Source of the DNA: a virus
Taxonomy: Duplodnaviria > Caudoviricetes
Virus record (IMG/VR): IMGVR_UViG_3300017708_002093
Coordinates: 1-58,251 of that record
Length of the DNA stretch: 58,251 bases
Reading direction: 5' to 3' (one strand)
Shown here: piece by piece, positions 29,501 to 41,900 of the stretch
How positions within the stretch are numbered: the first letter of the stretch is position 1
Layout: every line of letters starts with the position of its first letter
Notes under the pieces: generated by a model
Seen by the model: only the letters and a program-made list of their open reading frames with translations
Told to the model about the DNA's origin: nothing
The model's database searches: none
Translations under genes and position numbers: made by a program

Positions 29501-31354
29501 AAAAATTGGATCACTATCTACTGAAGAATATGAAATAATATCACCAATTTTTATTAGGTTTGTGAATTTTTTATCTAAACCAGCAGAGACAGTACTAATT
29601 CCTCCACTAGATCCTGTTATGTTAAATGTAGTTCCCGGAGAACTAATGTATGATTTTCTCGACAGAATTGTATCTGCATTAAACGTAGAAATTCCAGTTT
29701 GAGAATTTACTGATTTAACATCACTAATAGAATAATCAGTTACAGAACTGATCAGTCTTGAATTATCAATTCCATTTACTGAAAATGGCTCATTTTCTAA
29801 AAATGTTCCACCAACTTGATACAATGTTAAAGAATTGCTACCTGATGAAGTGTCAGATACTAAGTATCCAGAAGAACCACTTCTTTTTCCTTCAATGAAT
29901 GCTGGTGTATTTAATGTATCTGTTAATGGACTGGTTAATCCAATAGTTGTAAAAGTTTGAACATCAAACAATCTAAGTTCAAATCTACTAGTATCATCAA
30001 TATAACTAGATTCCGGAACAAAATCATAGACTCTTGCATACCCAATAGTCGTTCCTGCAGCAACATTTGGGGTTGCTCCAATTCTAGAGTCCATCAATTT
30101 TACGATAGAATCTGTGCCTAGACCTGGAGTTATTGACCCATAAACATTGTTTACTATGGTCAAAGAACCAGTATTAAAATTTACTGCCTGAATATCAATC
30201 TCTTTTGTTGTTCTTGCTTTTTTAGCATCTAATAAGGTAGCAGAAATGGTTTCTACATCATACCCTTGAACGTATGCTTTTCCAGGTCCAATTTGATATA
30301 CTATAGAATCTTCTGATGGTATATTCCCTTGAACAGTCTTTTGATCTTCGAAGTAAATACCATCAGAAAGAGTTCTATCATTTAAAGAATCTCTGACAAA
30401 AAGCGTAAATGGTTTTACGAAATAATCTCCAGATTCATCAAAAGTTCTTCTTGCTAGTTGATCTCTTAAAATATTATACTGAGGATCTTCATCAAAAAAT
30501 TGTGGAATTCCTCCATTAATTCTAAGAATTTCTACAAAAGAATCTGTATTTAAATCATCAACTTCCCTCTTTGATAACTTAAGTTCTATCTTAAATCTGT
30601 CTGCACCAGGAGCAGCAAAGTTTAAAAATCCTTTAGCATTATCAAATAATGTTTCATCATCATCAGAATTTACAATAGTTTCTAGTACATCAAATCCAAC
30701 TTTGTATGATGGGTCAATTCCATATTGGTCCAGTAAAATTGTTTGTGTTTCTACTTTAGCAAAAACTCCTCTTATAAAGTAAACACCTTTAGAAATAGTT
30801 ACAGCACTGCCTTCAGATATGGCATTTTCTGAAATGGTATTAGCAAAACCTTCACCAGTCTGAAGAAAACTATTAGTTCCGAAAGAAACGTCAGATTCTA
30901 AGATTAAAGTTTCTGAACTGGAGAAAACTTTAGTATCAAAATTTTCTCCACCACTACCAAGATATTTTACATATAATGTATAATTTCCTTTTTCTGAATC
31001 TGTATTAGGTAAGAGAAGTACTACTTCTGCAGTAACACCACTACTTAAACCTTTTATTTTTATTCCTTTAAGATCATTGAAATAAACAGACACAGGAATA
31101 CCATTGTATTCTGATTCAATCTGAACAGCATACAATGGATTTTCATATTTTAACTGTCCAGGTATAACTACAGATCCCTCTTTAAAGATATGCTTACCAA
31201 ATTGCTCAGATTGATTCTGTGCAATTGACTGTAACGTATTTAATTCTCTAGCCTGAACAGGATATCCTGGCTTGAATAATACTTTATAATAATCTTTCTG
31301 AGGATCAAAATCGTCAAAATAAGGTGAGACGTTGAGATTAGTTTCCTGTGACAT
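23510..31354 (-). CDS. Large virion structural protein (2614 aa; DUF4815/VrlC-like, baseplate-associated)
   Basis: N-terminal TNLNVSPYFDDF...YKVLFKPG.PVQARELN.LQS, APGADR, LARRTFDESGDY, DPLAQSF motifs. Confidence 0.85.
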   Translation of the reverse strand: MSQETNLNVSPYFDDFDPQKDYYKVLFKPGYPVQARELNTLQSIAQNQSEQFGKHIFKEGSVVIPGQLKYENPLYAVQIESEYNGIPVSVYFNDLKGIKIKGLSSGVTAEVVLLLPNTDSEKGNYTLYVKYLGSGGENFDTKVFSSSETLILESDVSFGTNSFLQTGEGFANTISENAISEGSAVTISKGVYFIRGVFAKVETQTILLDQYGIDPSYKVGFDVLETIVNSDDDETLFDNAKGFLNFAAPGADRFKIELKLSKREVDDLNTDSFVEILRINGGIPQFFDEDPQYNILRDQLARRTFDESGDYFVKPFTLFVRDSLNDRTLSDGIYFEDQKTVQGNIPSEDSIVYQIGPGKAYVQGYDVETISATLLDAKKARTTKEIDIQAVNFNTGSLTIVNNVYGSITPGLGTDSIVKLMDSRIGATPNVAAGTTIGYARVYDFVPESSYIDDTSRFELRLFDVQTFTTIGLTSPLTDTLNTPAFIEGKRSGSSGYLVSDTSSGSNSLTLYQVGGTFLENEPFSVNGIDNSRLISSVTDYSISDVKSVNSQTGISTFNADTILSRKSYISSPGTTFNITGSSGGISTVSAGLDKKFTNLIKIGDIISYSSVDSDPIFNKVTNVSVGGTFFEIESIESVSGVCNGQLSNSTQSVTNILKIQSNIPSSGRMMTKLNNINVSSLNFTENEILQRRTFTGTFNLNSIEVNIPSEDTDIFFESFDEDKYVLSYTDGSYEKLRRDQFLLDISGKTVTLSNLTKSSGDYELISTVKNLDLTSKSKKLNKTSSITIQNSKLVSSGIGTTTLNDGLNYSNLYGTRVQDRQISLNVPDVLRFLAIYESTDTLDPILPNLTLSSFSGPSNINSDFIIGEEIRGKSSGAVGLVVSRKDTDKLEYVHLNTFKFSIGEVIVGKESSIEAIVSVKVRGSKNVSDNYFLDDGQRDTLYDYSRLVRKRNVEEPKRKLKVIFQNYTIDSSDTGEVMTINSYATDNFKHNVPYYANTRLSDFIDIRPRVGPFSSSTKSPFEFDSRNFSSSGQYSNYIIVPGENITLNYSYYLGRIDKVILNPDGKFEIIEGIPSDSPVIPNSKTNSLDIANIYIPPYTFNTKNVSVDMSEHKRYRMKDISLLENRINRLEKYTTLSLLELKTETLTIKDADTGLDRFKCGFFVDNFSNSDYQDKINPSLRIANNSSNSSIRPKNYTTSIDLQLGSEAIDGVGSTFNPNVDQSYVSDLGSIGIRKTGDLVTLDYDEIVYYDQPYASKTESVTPFLVRYWEGFITLTPPIDSWIEEVFKTSNNVIENETINVIPDENITIVNDVVIDEQVAIDETNVQLGSDPDEWILNAQTILNGITSIGGYPVSPPGVLNSNRRSAGNRGNGITSDNKLRLTVDFNSTTQQDRDLISQLLPPDAANDFFKRIDRGGGLGWGTIIFDPFGGNIQDTDQTTDVVTTQEVSQEVSVTSITIPPEITINESTSESTSNFTETVRFTRSRNIEFDVRGLKPVTRFYPFFEGIDISNYIVPKLLEIEMISGKFEVGETIVSGPFDTEAQIAFRLCKPNHKTGPFDGSVFENNIGQLEVGNVAPTGFSPAFDPGIYTLNPYTQQIIENTYSESSTFLNVDTLALQLPAETEYFGLINEQMTLIGNSSGAVAKVTKVRLISDNAGRLIGSIFIPNPNVVGNPKWINGENTFTVIDTPNLSDLGLKFDEFIPNQRVNESSAEAEYISSGIRNIEETTITTTRNITIIPERVKNTTNITNTTINTTTATTTNNSNNNNGQFGSWEQWDPLAQSFYVRDASGIFLTSCDIYFETKDNQVPVTFQIRPMIAGVPSTLVVPFSEVTLEPSQVNLSIDGSVPTRIRFPSPVYLNGPKEIQTRQAPIGSQQSSEYAIVLLSGSPNYRVFISELGQNDITTGIKLSQQYTLGSLFKSQNGSVWTPSQLEDLKYKIYRANFKPQGLVRFFNPTLAKSNKKITVTGANQLLPLSKKSIVGFDTTTYDQDVVPGVSLVQGSATGTLVAIGGSILVGSGASVLTVGTGYSTSATLSNISLESVTGDGFGAVAELNTNSDGQVNVINITDGGNAYTVGDVLVIPEDASINSGFGARFQVTSIGSTNTFIVEDIQGQFSTGITTISYINSSGITTYVGPDVKPSTVIDDQYNTGLHMKIYHVNHGMHSPENYLRISEMRPTFDGGYLSETTTEIIASETEIGLEDATGFDTFEGNTVDSSNPGYALIGKELVEYNNVVNNTLQITQRSFNDVRSPTYPIGSSVEKYEFNGISLRRINKVHNLSLVDQTKHPTNLNSYHVKLEMGATDFEGTSIGVDRTNDRYFLETVQKGRSGTNLSSNIQYEAITPNFATIVPSETSMDAKLRSFAGTSVGGNENSFTDLGFEDVSIGEINLLSSPRFVCSKVNEEKNIGTLSPGSKSLTMEILMNTNNSLVSPVIDLVKTNVILTSNLVNNPNGIGDNSTYATSDNTRTLFDDDHAAIYISKPVRMKLPANSLKVFLSASRTNQNDVRVLYRLFRSDSTEISQNYELFPGYSNYSVDGQGIKRVIDNSLNDGSSDSKVTETSNQIFRDYEYSVDDLPEFDAFSIKIVMASENQAVPPEVKELRAIATIKPKG

Positions 31355-31360
31355 GCTTCC

Positions 31361-32944
31361 TTAGAATTGTAAAATTACTTTGATATCTTCTTTTTGATTT
31401 GATGACCTAGTTATAGAAGGTCTATTATCAACATAAATTATGTTTCCAGAGTACTTTTCAACTTCTGGATTAGAGACCCCTCCAAAAAAAGATTGTCCCA
31501 ATTGATATGTATTATTATTTATTGACTCAGTTGAACCATCAAAACTAACATCAATTTGCAGATCTATACTATCTTCAAAGTTTATTTCAACACTTCCATT
31601 TGAAAATGGAGTGGCGGTAAATCTTTCCATGTTAAACCCATAAGTTGGAGACGGATTTTTACTTCCATCAGTATTAAATCCTACAAGTCTTCTATCTTGC
31701 CAATACTTTAATACTCCTGTATTCTTATCATATGAAATTACTCTACCGACAGCAGTTACATTAGTATCTAATGTTTGAGTAAAGAAAGAATCTGCGTTAA
31801 TTGTTACTTCTTTATAAAAATCTGGAGATTGAGTATCTAATGATTTTAATTTTAATGCATATAAAGAACTTACAGTTGAATCACTTAAAATCTCTGAAGA
31901 AGCATATTTTAATGCATTTTCAACTATACCAAATCTTGAGATTTGATTGCCTGTAATAAAATCGGGATTTTCTGTAGTATTTTCAATTCTGGTATAAAGA
32001 AGAACATTTGATGCTCCAAGTTCAGTGTAAATATCAAAACCGTGACCACCCTTAGGTGGAATAATCACATCAAATATAGGCATAGTGTCTTGGACAGTTA
32101 CGCCTCTTGACTCTAAATCTATTGTTCCAAAAGTATAACCAGAACCTCCTTTGGAAATAACAACACTTTCAACTTTTTGATCATTATTTAAAATGACTGT
32201 AGCAAAAGCACCAGATCCATCACCTTTAATTGGAACATCTGTAATTGTATTGCCTGAAGTAAATGATACACCTACTCCTCTATTTCTAATTTTTGCAATT
32301 TTTAATTGCCCACTAGAAGAAGCGTGATTTTTAACTGCTTGAGTGTCTGTATTTGTTGCCCAGTTTTTGGGGGTGGGTATGAAAAATACAGATTCAAATT
32401 TTACTAAATCTCTTGGTTTAATAGTATAGAGATATTTCCAAATATAACCATCTCCACTATTACCTGCTCTTCTTGGTTCTAATGCAATAAATGTAGGTTG
32501 ATCTAAAGATTGATTACCTTTAAAATTATTCTCTGGAGATGCTCCATTATCTAAGCAAATATAAACATTCAAATCTTCATTAATTATATAATAATTTGAA
32601 GAGTAGAGACTTGTTGCTTCCGACTGAGGAGAAACATTTGATGATGTAATATCATGGCGATACATGTCATAAATGAGTCCAGATTCCCATTCACGTTTTT
32701 TTACAACTTGAGATGCATCTTGAGGTAGGATTTTCGACAATCCTATCATAGTATCCCAATAATCATTTTCTTGGTCTAAGGAGTCTTTGGGTGCTGGAGG
32801 AGTAACATCCCAATCCGATGAATATTCATTAGAATTTGGCAATCCAATAAACGCATAGTAAGAATTATCATCAGAATTGGTAATTTTAGATACAAAATTA
32901 CTAGCATTTAATATTCTTAATTGATCAGTTATAATTGCCGACAT
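31361..32944 (-). CDS. gp8: Baseplate wedge subunit
   Basis: MSAIITDQLR..NA..F, YDMYRHD, VYICLDN, DGYIWKYLY, SG.IIYVDNR..ITRS..Q.EDIKVILQF. Confidence 0.92.
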   Translation of the reverse strand: MSAIITDQLRILNASNFVSKITNSDDNSYYAFIGLPNSNEYSSDWDVTPPAPKDSLDQENDYWDTMIGLSKILPQDASQVVKKREWESGLIYDMYRHDITSSNVSPQSEATSLYSSNYYIINEDLNVYICLDNGASPENNFKGNQSLDQPTFIALEPRRAGNSGDGYIWKYLYTIKPRDLVKFESVFFIPTPKNWATNTDTQAVKNHASSSGQLKIAKIRNRGVGVSFTSGNTITDVPIKGDGSGAFATVILNNDQKVESVVISKGGSGYTFGTIDLESRGVTVQDTMPIFDVIIPPKGGHGFDIYTELGASNVLLYTRIENTTENPDFITGNQISRFGIVENALKYASSEILSDSTVSSLYALKLKSLDTQSPDFYKEVTINADSFFTQTLDTNVTAVGRVISYDKNTGVLKYWQDRRLVGFNTDGSKNPSPTYGFNMERFTATPFSNGSVEINFEDSIDLQIDVSFDGSTESINNNTYQLGQSFFGGVSNPEVEKYSGNIIYVDNRPSITRSSNQKEDIKVILQF

Positions 32945-32971
32945 TTGGGTAGGTTTTTTTTATTTATTTAT

Positions 32972-35900
32972 TTATGATGAATACAGATCATTTTTTAATG
33001 GTTGAACTCTCTGAATAATTGCAGAAGACTCAATTCCAGAAATTCCATTTTGATTTACATTAAATTGTTTTGGGTTAGATCTAGTCAAATTACTAATTCT
33101 ACCCCAACTATAGTCACCATAGTAGTAAGTTTGCCCTAAACTTACTAAACCATTGTAATCTGAAACACTTACAATTACTTGTGCAATTGATGTAGTTCCT
33201 ACACCAGAAACTGTAGTTTGTGCAATAGAAACTTGAGAAACTCTATAAACATTATCTATGAAAGTAGATCCAATTCCAATCACATTATTGTTCTCATCAA
33301 GTGAGGTTAATCCATATCCAACATTACTATTTCTAATAGTAAAATAGTATCCAGTTTGAATACCACTTATAGAAGTAGATGCCGAACCTGTTATTTCAGA
33401 ATCTCTTATAAATGAGTTTTCTGTAATAAACAAGTCAAATACAATTCCAGTAGAAGCAACTCCTGCAATAGAAGTAGTTCCAATTCCAGTAATGATACCA
33501 AAGTCACCTTCATACTCTGCTTTTGTGATAGTTTCAAAGTCTCTTTCCGGAAATTCCACAAGAACTGATGGTGGTGTAGATGAAGTATAACCAGAACCAG
33601 AATTTGTAAGATTTATTACAGAAACTGAAGAACCAGATAATGTAGCAGTTCCAGTAGCAGTCGTTCCAAGTCCAACTGGAGAAGAAATAATAACCGAAGG
33701 TGTTGTGCTATAACCAACACCATTCTCATTAATTTCTATGGAAGTTATAGTTCCTGCAGATGATACTGTAGCAGTAGCAGCACATGAAACTAAATTATCT
33801 TGATTAAAGATTTTTATAGTTCTAAAGATTTCGTTAATTGTACCAAGTTCATCAAAACTATCAAAGAAAGTTTTCAGGTTATCAACAAACAACTCACTGT
33901 CACTAGTAGAAAGATTTTTTATTAAATATGCAGTTGGATTTATTGATGGTGATAATGATGATCTTGCTTTGGAAACTAAGAATCCTCTGGAAGAACTTGC
34001 TGACCCAACAAATGATGCGGAAGACAAGAATAAGTCATTTCTTTGCTTACACCAGATTGCATTTCTTAGTAAACTTCTATCGTTAGAAATTCCTACACCT
34101 GAATAGAGATTAGTTCTAACAGAATCTGATGAAATAATTTCATTAACAATTCTAGATTTTTCTTTTAAATTTTGATCATCTGAATCTAATCTAAGAGTAT
34201 CACCAACTTTTACAGTTTCTAATACATCAACATCTTTAACGTCAATTTTATCTGTACCTTCATAAAATAAAACTTGAGAAGTTGTATCATTAAAAAGTTT
34301 TGAAGATTTATCATCAAAAGATTGAGGAGCTTCTATGAATTCAATCACACTTCCACCATTAAATATGTAAGATTCTCCTGGAACTTGAATAACACCATTT
34401 AAGATAATAATAAAGTTATTTGCTAAATCTAAATTTGATCCTTGTCTGCTCTCAAACGAAGTCTGTTTACCATCAATTCTAAGTGGGAAAAATCTTCTCT
34501 TACCATCAATTAAATCATCAATCTTATCAATAGAAATTATCTTACCAAAATGCCAAGAAGCAACTTCATCTTGATATATTTCATCAATAACTAATTGGAA
34601 TTCTTGTAAAGATAATGAAGGATCTGTGGGAATACCTTCTAATCCATTAATGGGAATAGTAAGAATGTCATTTTTCTTATATGAATAACCATAATTTACA
34701 ATTTCAAAACTAAGAATACTACTATCTAAACTTACTTGAATGTTAGCAGCTGCTTGAGTACCAATACCAATCTGTGGAGTAGATGAACTGTAAACCATTG
34801 GTATATTTGAATATGTCAATGGGGCATCAAATACTATTGTTGGAGGCATAGATGATATAAATCCACCTACAGTTTCAGTGATGTCTACGGAAATAACATT
34901 ACCATTATTGACTACAGCAGTTCCAATAAACTGAATAGTAGAAACTTCAGAAATATTAGTGGTAACACCAACATTCACTGTTTGAACTCCTACTCTATAA
35001 CCAGATCCACTATTCCCAATACTAACCGAAGAAACTGTTCCAAGTCCAGAGATGATGGCAGTACCACCAGCAGAAACTAATGGTTGATAACCAAACCCAG
35101 CAGAAGAACCTACAGATACGATAACACCACCTCTAGGTATACTGGAGGTATTAATGTCATAAACTGCTTGTACAGGGTCTCCTGTAAAGGTTATAGAGGT
35201 TATTCCTGCAGACTCTACAAGATCATAAGAACCTTGAATAGGAACTACACTGTCCCTTTTTGGTTGTTGTAGTATACTTCTAATTAAAGTAACTCCATTA
35301 TTAGTAGAAATTCCTACAATGTCTTGACCATCGGATTGTATTGTGAAGGTATTATCAATACCATTAAATTGATTAGAGATAGAGTCAAAAATATAGTTAT
35401 CACTGTAAGGAGTAATGTCAGTTCCTTGTATTCCAGACCTCAAGAAAATTCTTCCACTAAATGTAGAAGATGTCTTTATGCTATTAAAATCAACTTCTTC
35501 TGGATCAGATGGATTTTCAATAGGTACTTTTCCTTTAGGTGCTTCTGCAAAATAAATTTCATTATCTATAATGTTATAATTTGCGGTTACTTTTCTTACA
35601 ATAGAACCAGATAAATGGGTTTCAAGTTCAGTTCCCAACTCAGATCTAGTCACTAAAACATCGTTGTTAATATTTTCATAATTAACAACGTTTATTCTGA
35701 CAATTTCATTGTTAATTTTAAGATAGTCTCCACTTGATAATTCTAATGCATCATCAACAGAAACGATGTTATTAATTGCAGTTAGATCTGCAGTGAGTGA
35801 TGTACTTTTTGCAGTGGCCACTACTGGAGACTGAATTACGTTATCAATAGCAATCAATGATTTTGTATTTTGTTTTTGTGAATTAAACTGATGATCTTCC

Positions 35901-38900
35901 CCAATTCCAGTAGATGCAATGTTCAAGTAAACTGGAGGTAATGCTAATGCATCAGTAGCAGATCCAGATACTCTAATTTGCAAATCATTAATCTTAACAG
36001 CATATACTAATTCAGGAAGAATATCCGTAGATCCTATTCCTGGAATGCTCGTGGTTTCTATTCCGATAGGAGATCCAAATGTTCCTCCCTGGTTATAAGT
36101 GAGTTTTTCTCCAGTAGTAAAGTAATGATTAGGAATTAAGAAAGTATCTTCATCGAGATTTACATAATCTGTGCTTGATCCATCAAAAACTTTTTTGAAG
36201 ATTAAATTATCTTGATGAGTAAGATTAAAGGTTTTCTTGACTGAATTGAGTGTTCCAGTATATTTTCCATGATCCTGTTCAATTCTAGATTGATGTCCTT
36301 CTATATCAATAAGATCTTTATTAAGAGAAGGACCAAAAACAAATTTAAATAATCTTATTTCATAATCAATGTTTGCATCTGGAGTGAAGAATAAAATAAC
36401 TTTTTCGGATGCCCCAGAACCAACAGTTCCGGTAGATAAAATACCTAAATTAGATCCAGTATTTACAATTCCATACTCTACTTGATTAGAAATATCTAAA
36501 GTTGGATTAAACAATGATACAACTTCACTAAACTGGTACTGACTATTAGTCACATCCTCAATTGATACTGCATAATAAGATGAATTATAATCACTCCCAA
36601 AAAATGATGAAATAGAGACCGTAGATGGAGATGATGAAGAAGGAATTGATGTGAATTCTGATTCAATATAGTTTTGATGCATTGAATCACTTGCTATTCC
36701 AGTTGCAGTACTATTTCCAATTCCAATAGTTAATGAATTTATGGTATATGTAGAAGCAGTAGATACATTTGGTGTAAATGAAACTATCAGATTTGATCCA
36801 GAAATAGAAGCATCAAATGTTCCTATCCCTGTTCCAAATGATGATGAAAAATTAGATTCTAAATTTCCATAATCAGTAATGTATACATTAGTATCATCAT
36901 GAATGACATTTATTTCTACGGATTCAAATTCATTATTATCTGCATTAGAAATTAAAGTATGAAGTTTGAGTGCTCTATAAGTACTTCCAACAGAAACAAT
37001 AGTACAAATTCCTGATGTTCCTTGTGGTAAAGTTGTTGTATGAGTATTTAAAGATGCTACATTACCTAATGATAGAGATCCAATTCCAGAAATAGTCTCA
37101 TCTAAACTAAAACTAGTAATACTTAGATTGTAATCATTAATAGAAAATTTAGATGGATATAAAAGTAATTCTATATTACCTGAATTAATTCTTGCATCAA
37201 AATATCCTAAATCATCTTGAGAAAATAATTTTGCATACTGATTAATGTAAGTAAATGAATCATCATGAATTAGTGAAACTATGTTGAACATAGATTCACT
37301 AGAGAATAATTTATCCGTAGTATTAATGAAGTATTTTACATATCTATAATTACTGTATTGTTTTTTATTGACTACCGTAAATTTTTCAAATCTAGATTCA
37401 GAATTAAAAAATTCAGAAATGTCGTCAATTTTAAGAACTCTATTTCCAGATGATTCTCTATAATCTTGGATGATGCTAGAATTAAAAAATATTTTATTTG
37501 ATGTAGTTAAATCCGAAATTGTATTTAAATTTTCTGTTGCTAGATCAAAGTTAAATACACAATCTAAATCAATTACAGAATCTAAATTTCGAATTGCTCC
37601 TATAAATCCAGAATTTTGGTTAGTAGAAATTCCACTACTTATTTTTTGGGGGGGTAGAATTTCTAGAGTAGAAAACTTTTTAAATCCTGAAGTATGGTTT
37701 AATGAAGAAACTGAATCATTCCAAGTTTCAAAAGGAACTTCTGATTTTACATCATAAGAAAAATACTGATAGTAATCATTATCAGATATTCTCTGGAATG
37801 TATCATTTAAAAATCCCTTTTCAAATTTCCAACCTTTTCTTTTGTCGGAAGAATCTGAAATTTTATAGTACCCATTTGATTCTACTAAATCTTGAATAAT
37901 TGACTTAGATCCACTTGTTTCTCCTAATAAGGTATTACCAATCTCAAATGTATCCGAAGAAGATACTATAAGAATTCCTTGTTGTGGACTCCAATTCTGA
38001 ACAATTCCTTTTGATTTTTTTGAAATTATTCTTTCACTAATAGCAAAATTAGTTTGCTTGAGTTTAGAATTAAAAGTAGGAAAGTATGATTCTGGTACTA
38101 CTTGAGCACTAGATAAATTTGAATTAAAAACACCCAGAATTTCATCAGATCCTATAAGATCAGATACACTATAAGTAAAGTTTCCACCAATACCACCTAT
38201 GTTTGGGTCAATTGATGAAATTTCAAAGAGAGCATAGTCAAATTCGGAAGAATTATATGATTTTGTATTTACTCTTATTTCTGGGTCATTAATTTTAACA
38301 CCTTCAATAAATACTTTCGTCCCAATTTGAAACGGAAAATCTGCAATAGCACTGAATTGAGTTTCTAAAGTAACCGTCACATTTTTTAGATCAGAATCAT
38401 AAGTTATGTTTATAATTTTAAATCCATTTGAGTTTGAAATTGGTATTAATTTAGGTTGAACTTGATTAATACCTGAAGTATTTTTTAATATTTTTACTTT
38501 TTTCTCACTAGGTAAATACTCTAATTTAACATCATTTACAGGTTTTTTAGTTAAACCATCAATTACAACTAAATCTGTATCAGTGAGATAAGAAAATCCT
38601 GCTGTCACAACTTCAATTTCATCGAAGGTTGATAATACATCTACATTCAAAATAGTCGGTATTTTTGCAGAAGGATTGATAGTGGAATCTATAGAATAAT
38701 TAAATCCTATGGAATTGAATGAATAATCTTTAATTTTTCCAATTGTGTTCGAAGAAGCATAAACATGCCCATCCTTTCCAAGATCACTTTCTATAAAAAT
38801 TTCTGGAATTGAGTAGAATTCAAAAGTTTTATTTTTTAGAACTATCTCAGAGATTGGTCCAATCAAATTAGTATCATTTGTAGAATATTTAAAAGTTGCT

Positions 38901-41900
38901 TCTGAAGAGTCATAAGATTGTTTCTCTGGATAATTTTCTAGTTCATATGAAAATGTATTAATACCAACAATATCAGTGACTTTCTGGATACCATTAAATT
39001 TACTAGGAATCAAATTAATACTATTATTATTAATTTGATCCACATCGACTATCAATTCTTTTTTGGAAATATTTTCTCCAGTTAGAAGTGGAGATAATTT
39101 ATAGAATATTTGTTTATTAGTATCTGAACTTATTTCTATCGTTAAGTTTGCATCAGAATCTATTCCAATTTTCCCATTGGTTGTTATTAAATAACCTTTG
39201 TTATTTGAAGGGTAAATTTTATCTAATAAATTTCTATCAAAGAAAAGTTCTAATTCAAATGCAGATTCTAATGATGATCCTCCTCTGGAATAAGAAAGAC
39301 TACTATCAGATAGGTCAAACTTTAATTTTTGATATTCTATTAATTCTATTCCGGGATTAACTTTTGAAACTATTCCTTCAGTTCCATCAGATGTTAAATC
39401 TACATAAATTTTATTATTTAAGTTATAAAGATTAGTGGAAAGTTTAAATGAATTTGAGTTTACTGGTGTCACATAATAAAGGTTTTCATTCACTAACCCA
39501 TCAAAACCACTAGTTTTTTCAAATAAAATCTTTTCTCTAAAAGTTAATTGATGATTATTAATGATTATAGTATTATCTACTAAATTTATTGAAGATACAC
39601 TTAGTGGATCTACTACAAATCTTCTATTAGTATCATTATATTTTACTACTACAGTTTTAGTATTTGTTGGTAGAACTTCTATGTCAACAGTAGATAATAA
39701 AGAAAGTCCATGAGATTCTGCAAGAGAAACATTAACTACATTTTTCAAAAGGTCAGTAGTAAGTACATTATCTTTTGCTGTTTTTAAACTATGAAATGTA
39801 TTAGTTCCTATTCCAGTAAAGAATAATAAATTTGCTGCAGTAGAACCTATTCCTGCATAATTACCCAGTGAGTTCAATCCAACAGGAAGGGTAGATAAAC
39901 CAATAGTATCATTAGTAAATTTAGTAGCATAGAGGGAATTAAAAGAACTGAGGGTTGTAGATACTCCAGAACTAGTTTCTGATACCTCTATAGAACCTCC
40001 AGAATTTGAAGAGTATAAGAGTAAGTCGCCAGTTATTAACTCGTGATTTGGGAGATAAATTGCCCTGGTTGGAATTGAAATTGAAGTACTTCCTGATCCT
40101 GGATTTGAAAAATAAAGAGATGAAGTTATTCCAACTCCGAATGAGGTCCCGATTCCCACAGATTCTGAAGGATTAAAATAAATTTCTTTATTTGTTTGTG
40201 TATTATACTTATTTGAAGACCTATAATTAAGTTTAATATGTCTGGGTCTTTCTGTAAGTATAGAACCTGATGAATAAGTACTTACTCCACTAGTTCCATT
40301 TTGTGCCCTCAGGATTCTAATCCTAGAAGAATTAGAATCTACAGAAAGAATTTTAATCTCTTCATTTTCAATAGTATAGACATCATTTTCTCTAATCCCA
40401 GAAAGATTTCCTGAAACAGAAAAATAAGTAGTAATTCCTGTATCTCCAATTGATGAAATACCTGTTGTTAATCTAAAAGTTTTTTCATCTACAGTTACAT
40501 TTAAAAATTGTGGAGATTCTAATGGAGAAAATACATTAATATTAGTCCCATCTACTATATTGTGAGGAAGAGATGAATAACCAACATAAAATGTTGAATT
40601 TTCCTTATGCAATTCAACATTTAGAATTGAGATTATAGATGAAATACCTATACTATCAACAGATTTACCTAAAATTTTAGATACTTCTCCAATTTTAGAT
40701 TTTCTATCTGTTAATATAATATTATCACCAACCTTATATCCATCTCCTGGAATCTTTAATATTAAATCATCAATTTTCCCTAGAGATGTTGAGTTTACTT
40801 TAGCATCAATGATTAAATCTGAAGAATTTAAGAAATAATCATAAGTACTTCTATCTTTATCTTCATTATAAGGTTTTGTATTTCTTAACCAATTTTGTGA
40901 ATTAATATCTAATTGATCTTGATTTGAGGTAAGGTCAAAATTAAATTCTATCGGTGATGATTTATAAGTATTACCAATCAAATATGGAAATGCTGGTAAC
41001 CTATTACCATCATCATCTAGTCGAGATTCAAAAGTCGAGAAGTAAGCATATACTCCATTTGGAAACTCTGGAGTAACACAAAATCTTCCATTATGTATGT
41101 CAAGATCTCCAGAATTATCAAATTTATAATCCTCTAAGAAAAATCCAACATTAGATGGAAGTCCAAAATTATTTGCAGATGGTCTATTATCATCATCATT
41201 ATTATTTAACTTATATCCAGAGGACATTAACTTAATTCCACCAGTTCCATCAGTATTTTTATATGCGTATGGTCCATAAATTGGATTTCCGTCGTATGCC
41301 CATCCAATTATTCCAGAGTGAGATAACAAATTTCTTTCATCAAGAGCATCTGACAGAATATCTGGGGTAAAAGACTTTACTCCATTAGAAAAATAAGTAC
41401 TTAAGAGTTGAGATCTTAATGGCCGACTAGCATAAAAATGTGTGTACTGAAGACCATCTCTATTTCCAGCAATTAGATAACCATCATCACTATTTTTTAC
41501 CGTATTGAAAATACTTAAAAGGGAAGGATATCTCTTAGTTGTTAAAATATTCCAAGACTGAATATTTGCAGATAACTTCGCTTCTTCTCCAGCAGATAAG
41601 ACATCAATAGAAGTTGTATTTTTATTATATCCTACTCCACTAGAAGATACAATTACGTCAATAATATTTCCGGACTGAATAACTGGCACTAAAACAGCAC
41701 CTTTTCCTTCTCCATTTACAACTAAAGTAGGAGGAGAATTATATTCAACACCGGGATCTAAAATAAATGCTGAAGTTATCTTTCCATCTTCAATAGATAA
41801 ATCAATAACGGCACCTTTTCCAGATTTTAAAATTATATTTGGTTGCTCTTTATAATTAATAATTCCTTGATTTCCATACCTATTTCCTGGATTGTCTAGA

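Noticed and set aside
7064-39360. Numerous alternative-frame and plus-strand ORFs inside core genes (e.g. 7064..7522, 9779..10168, 11347..11664, 23949..24335, 29325..29702)
   Set aside because: Shadow ORFs caused by codon bias of well-conserved genes; no motifs or expression signals.
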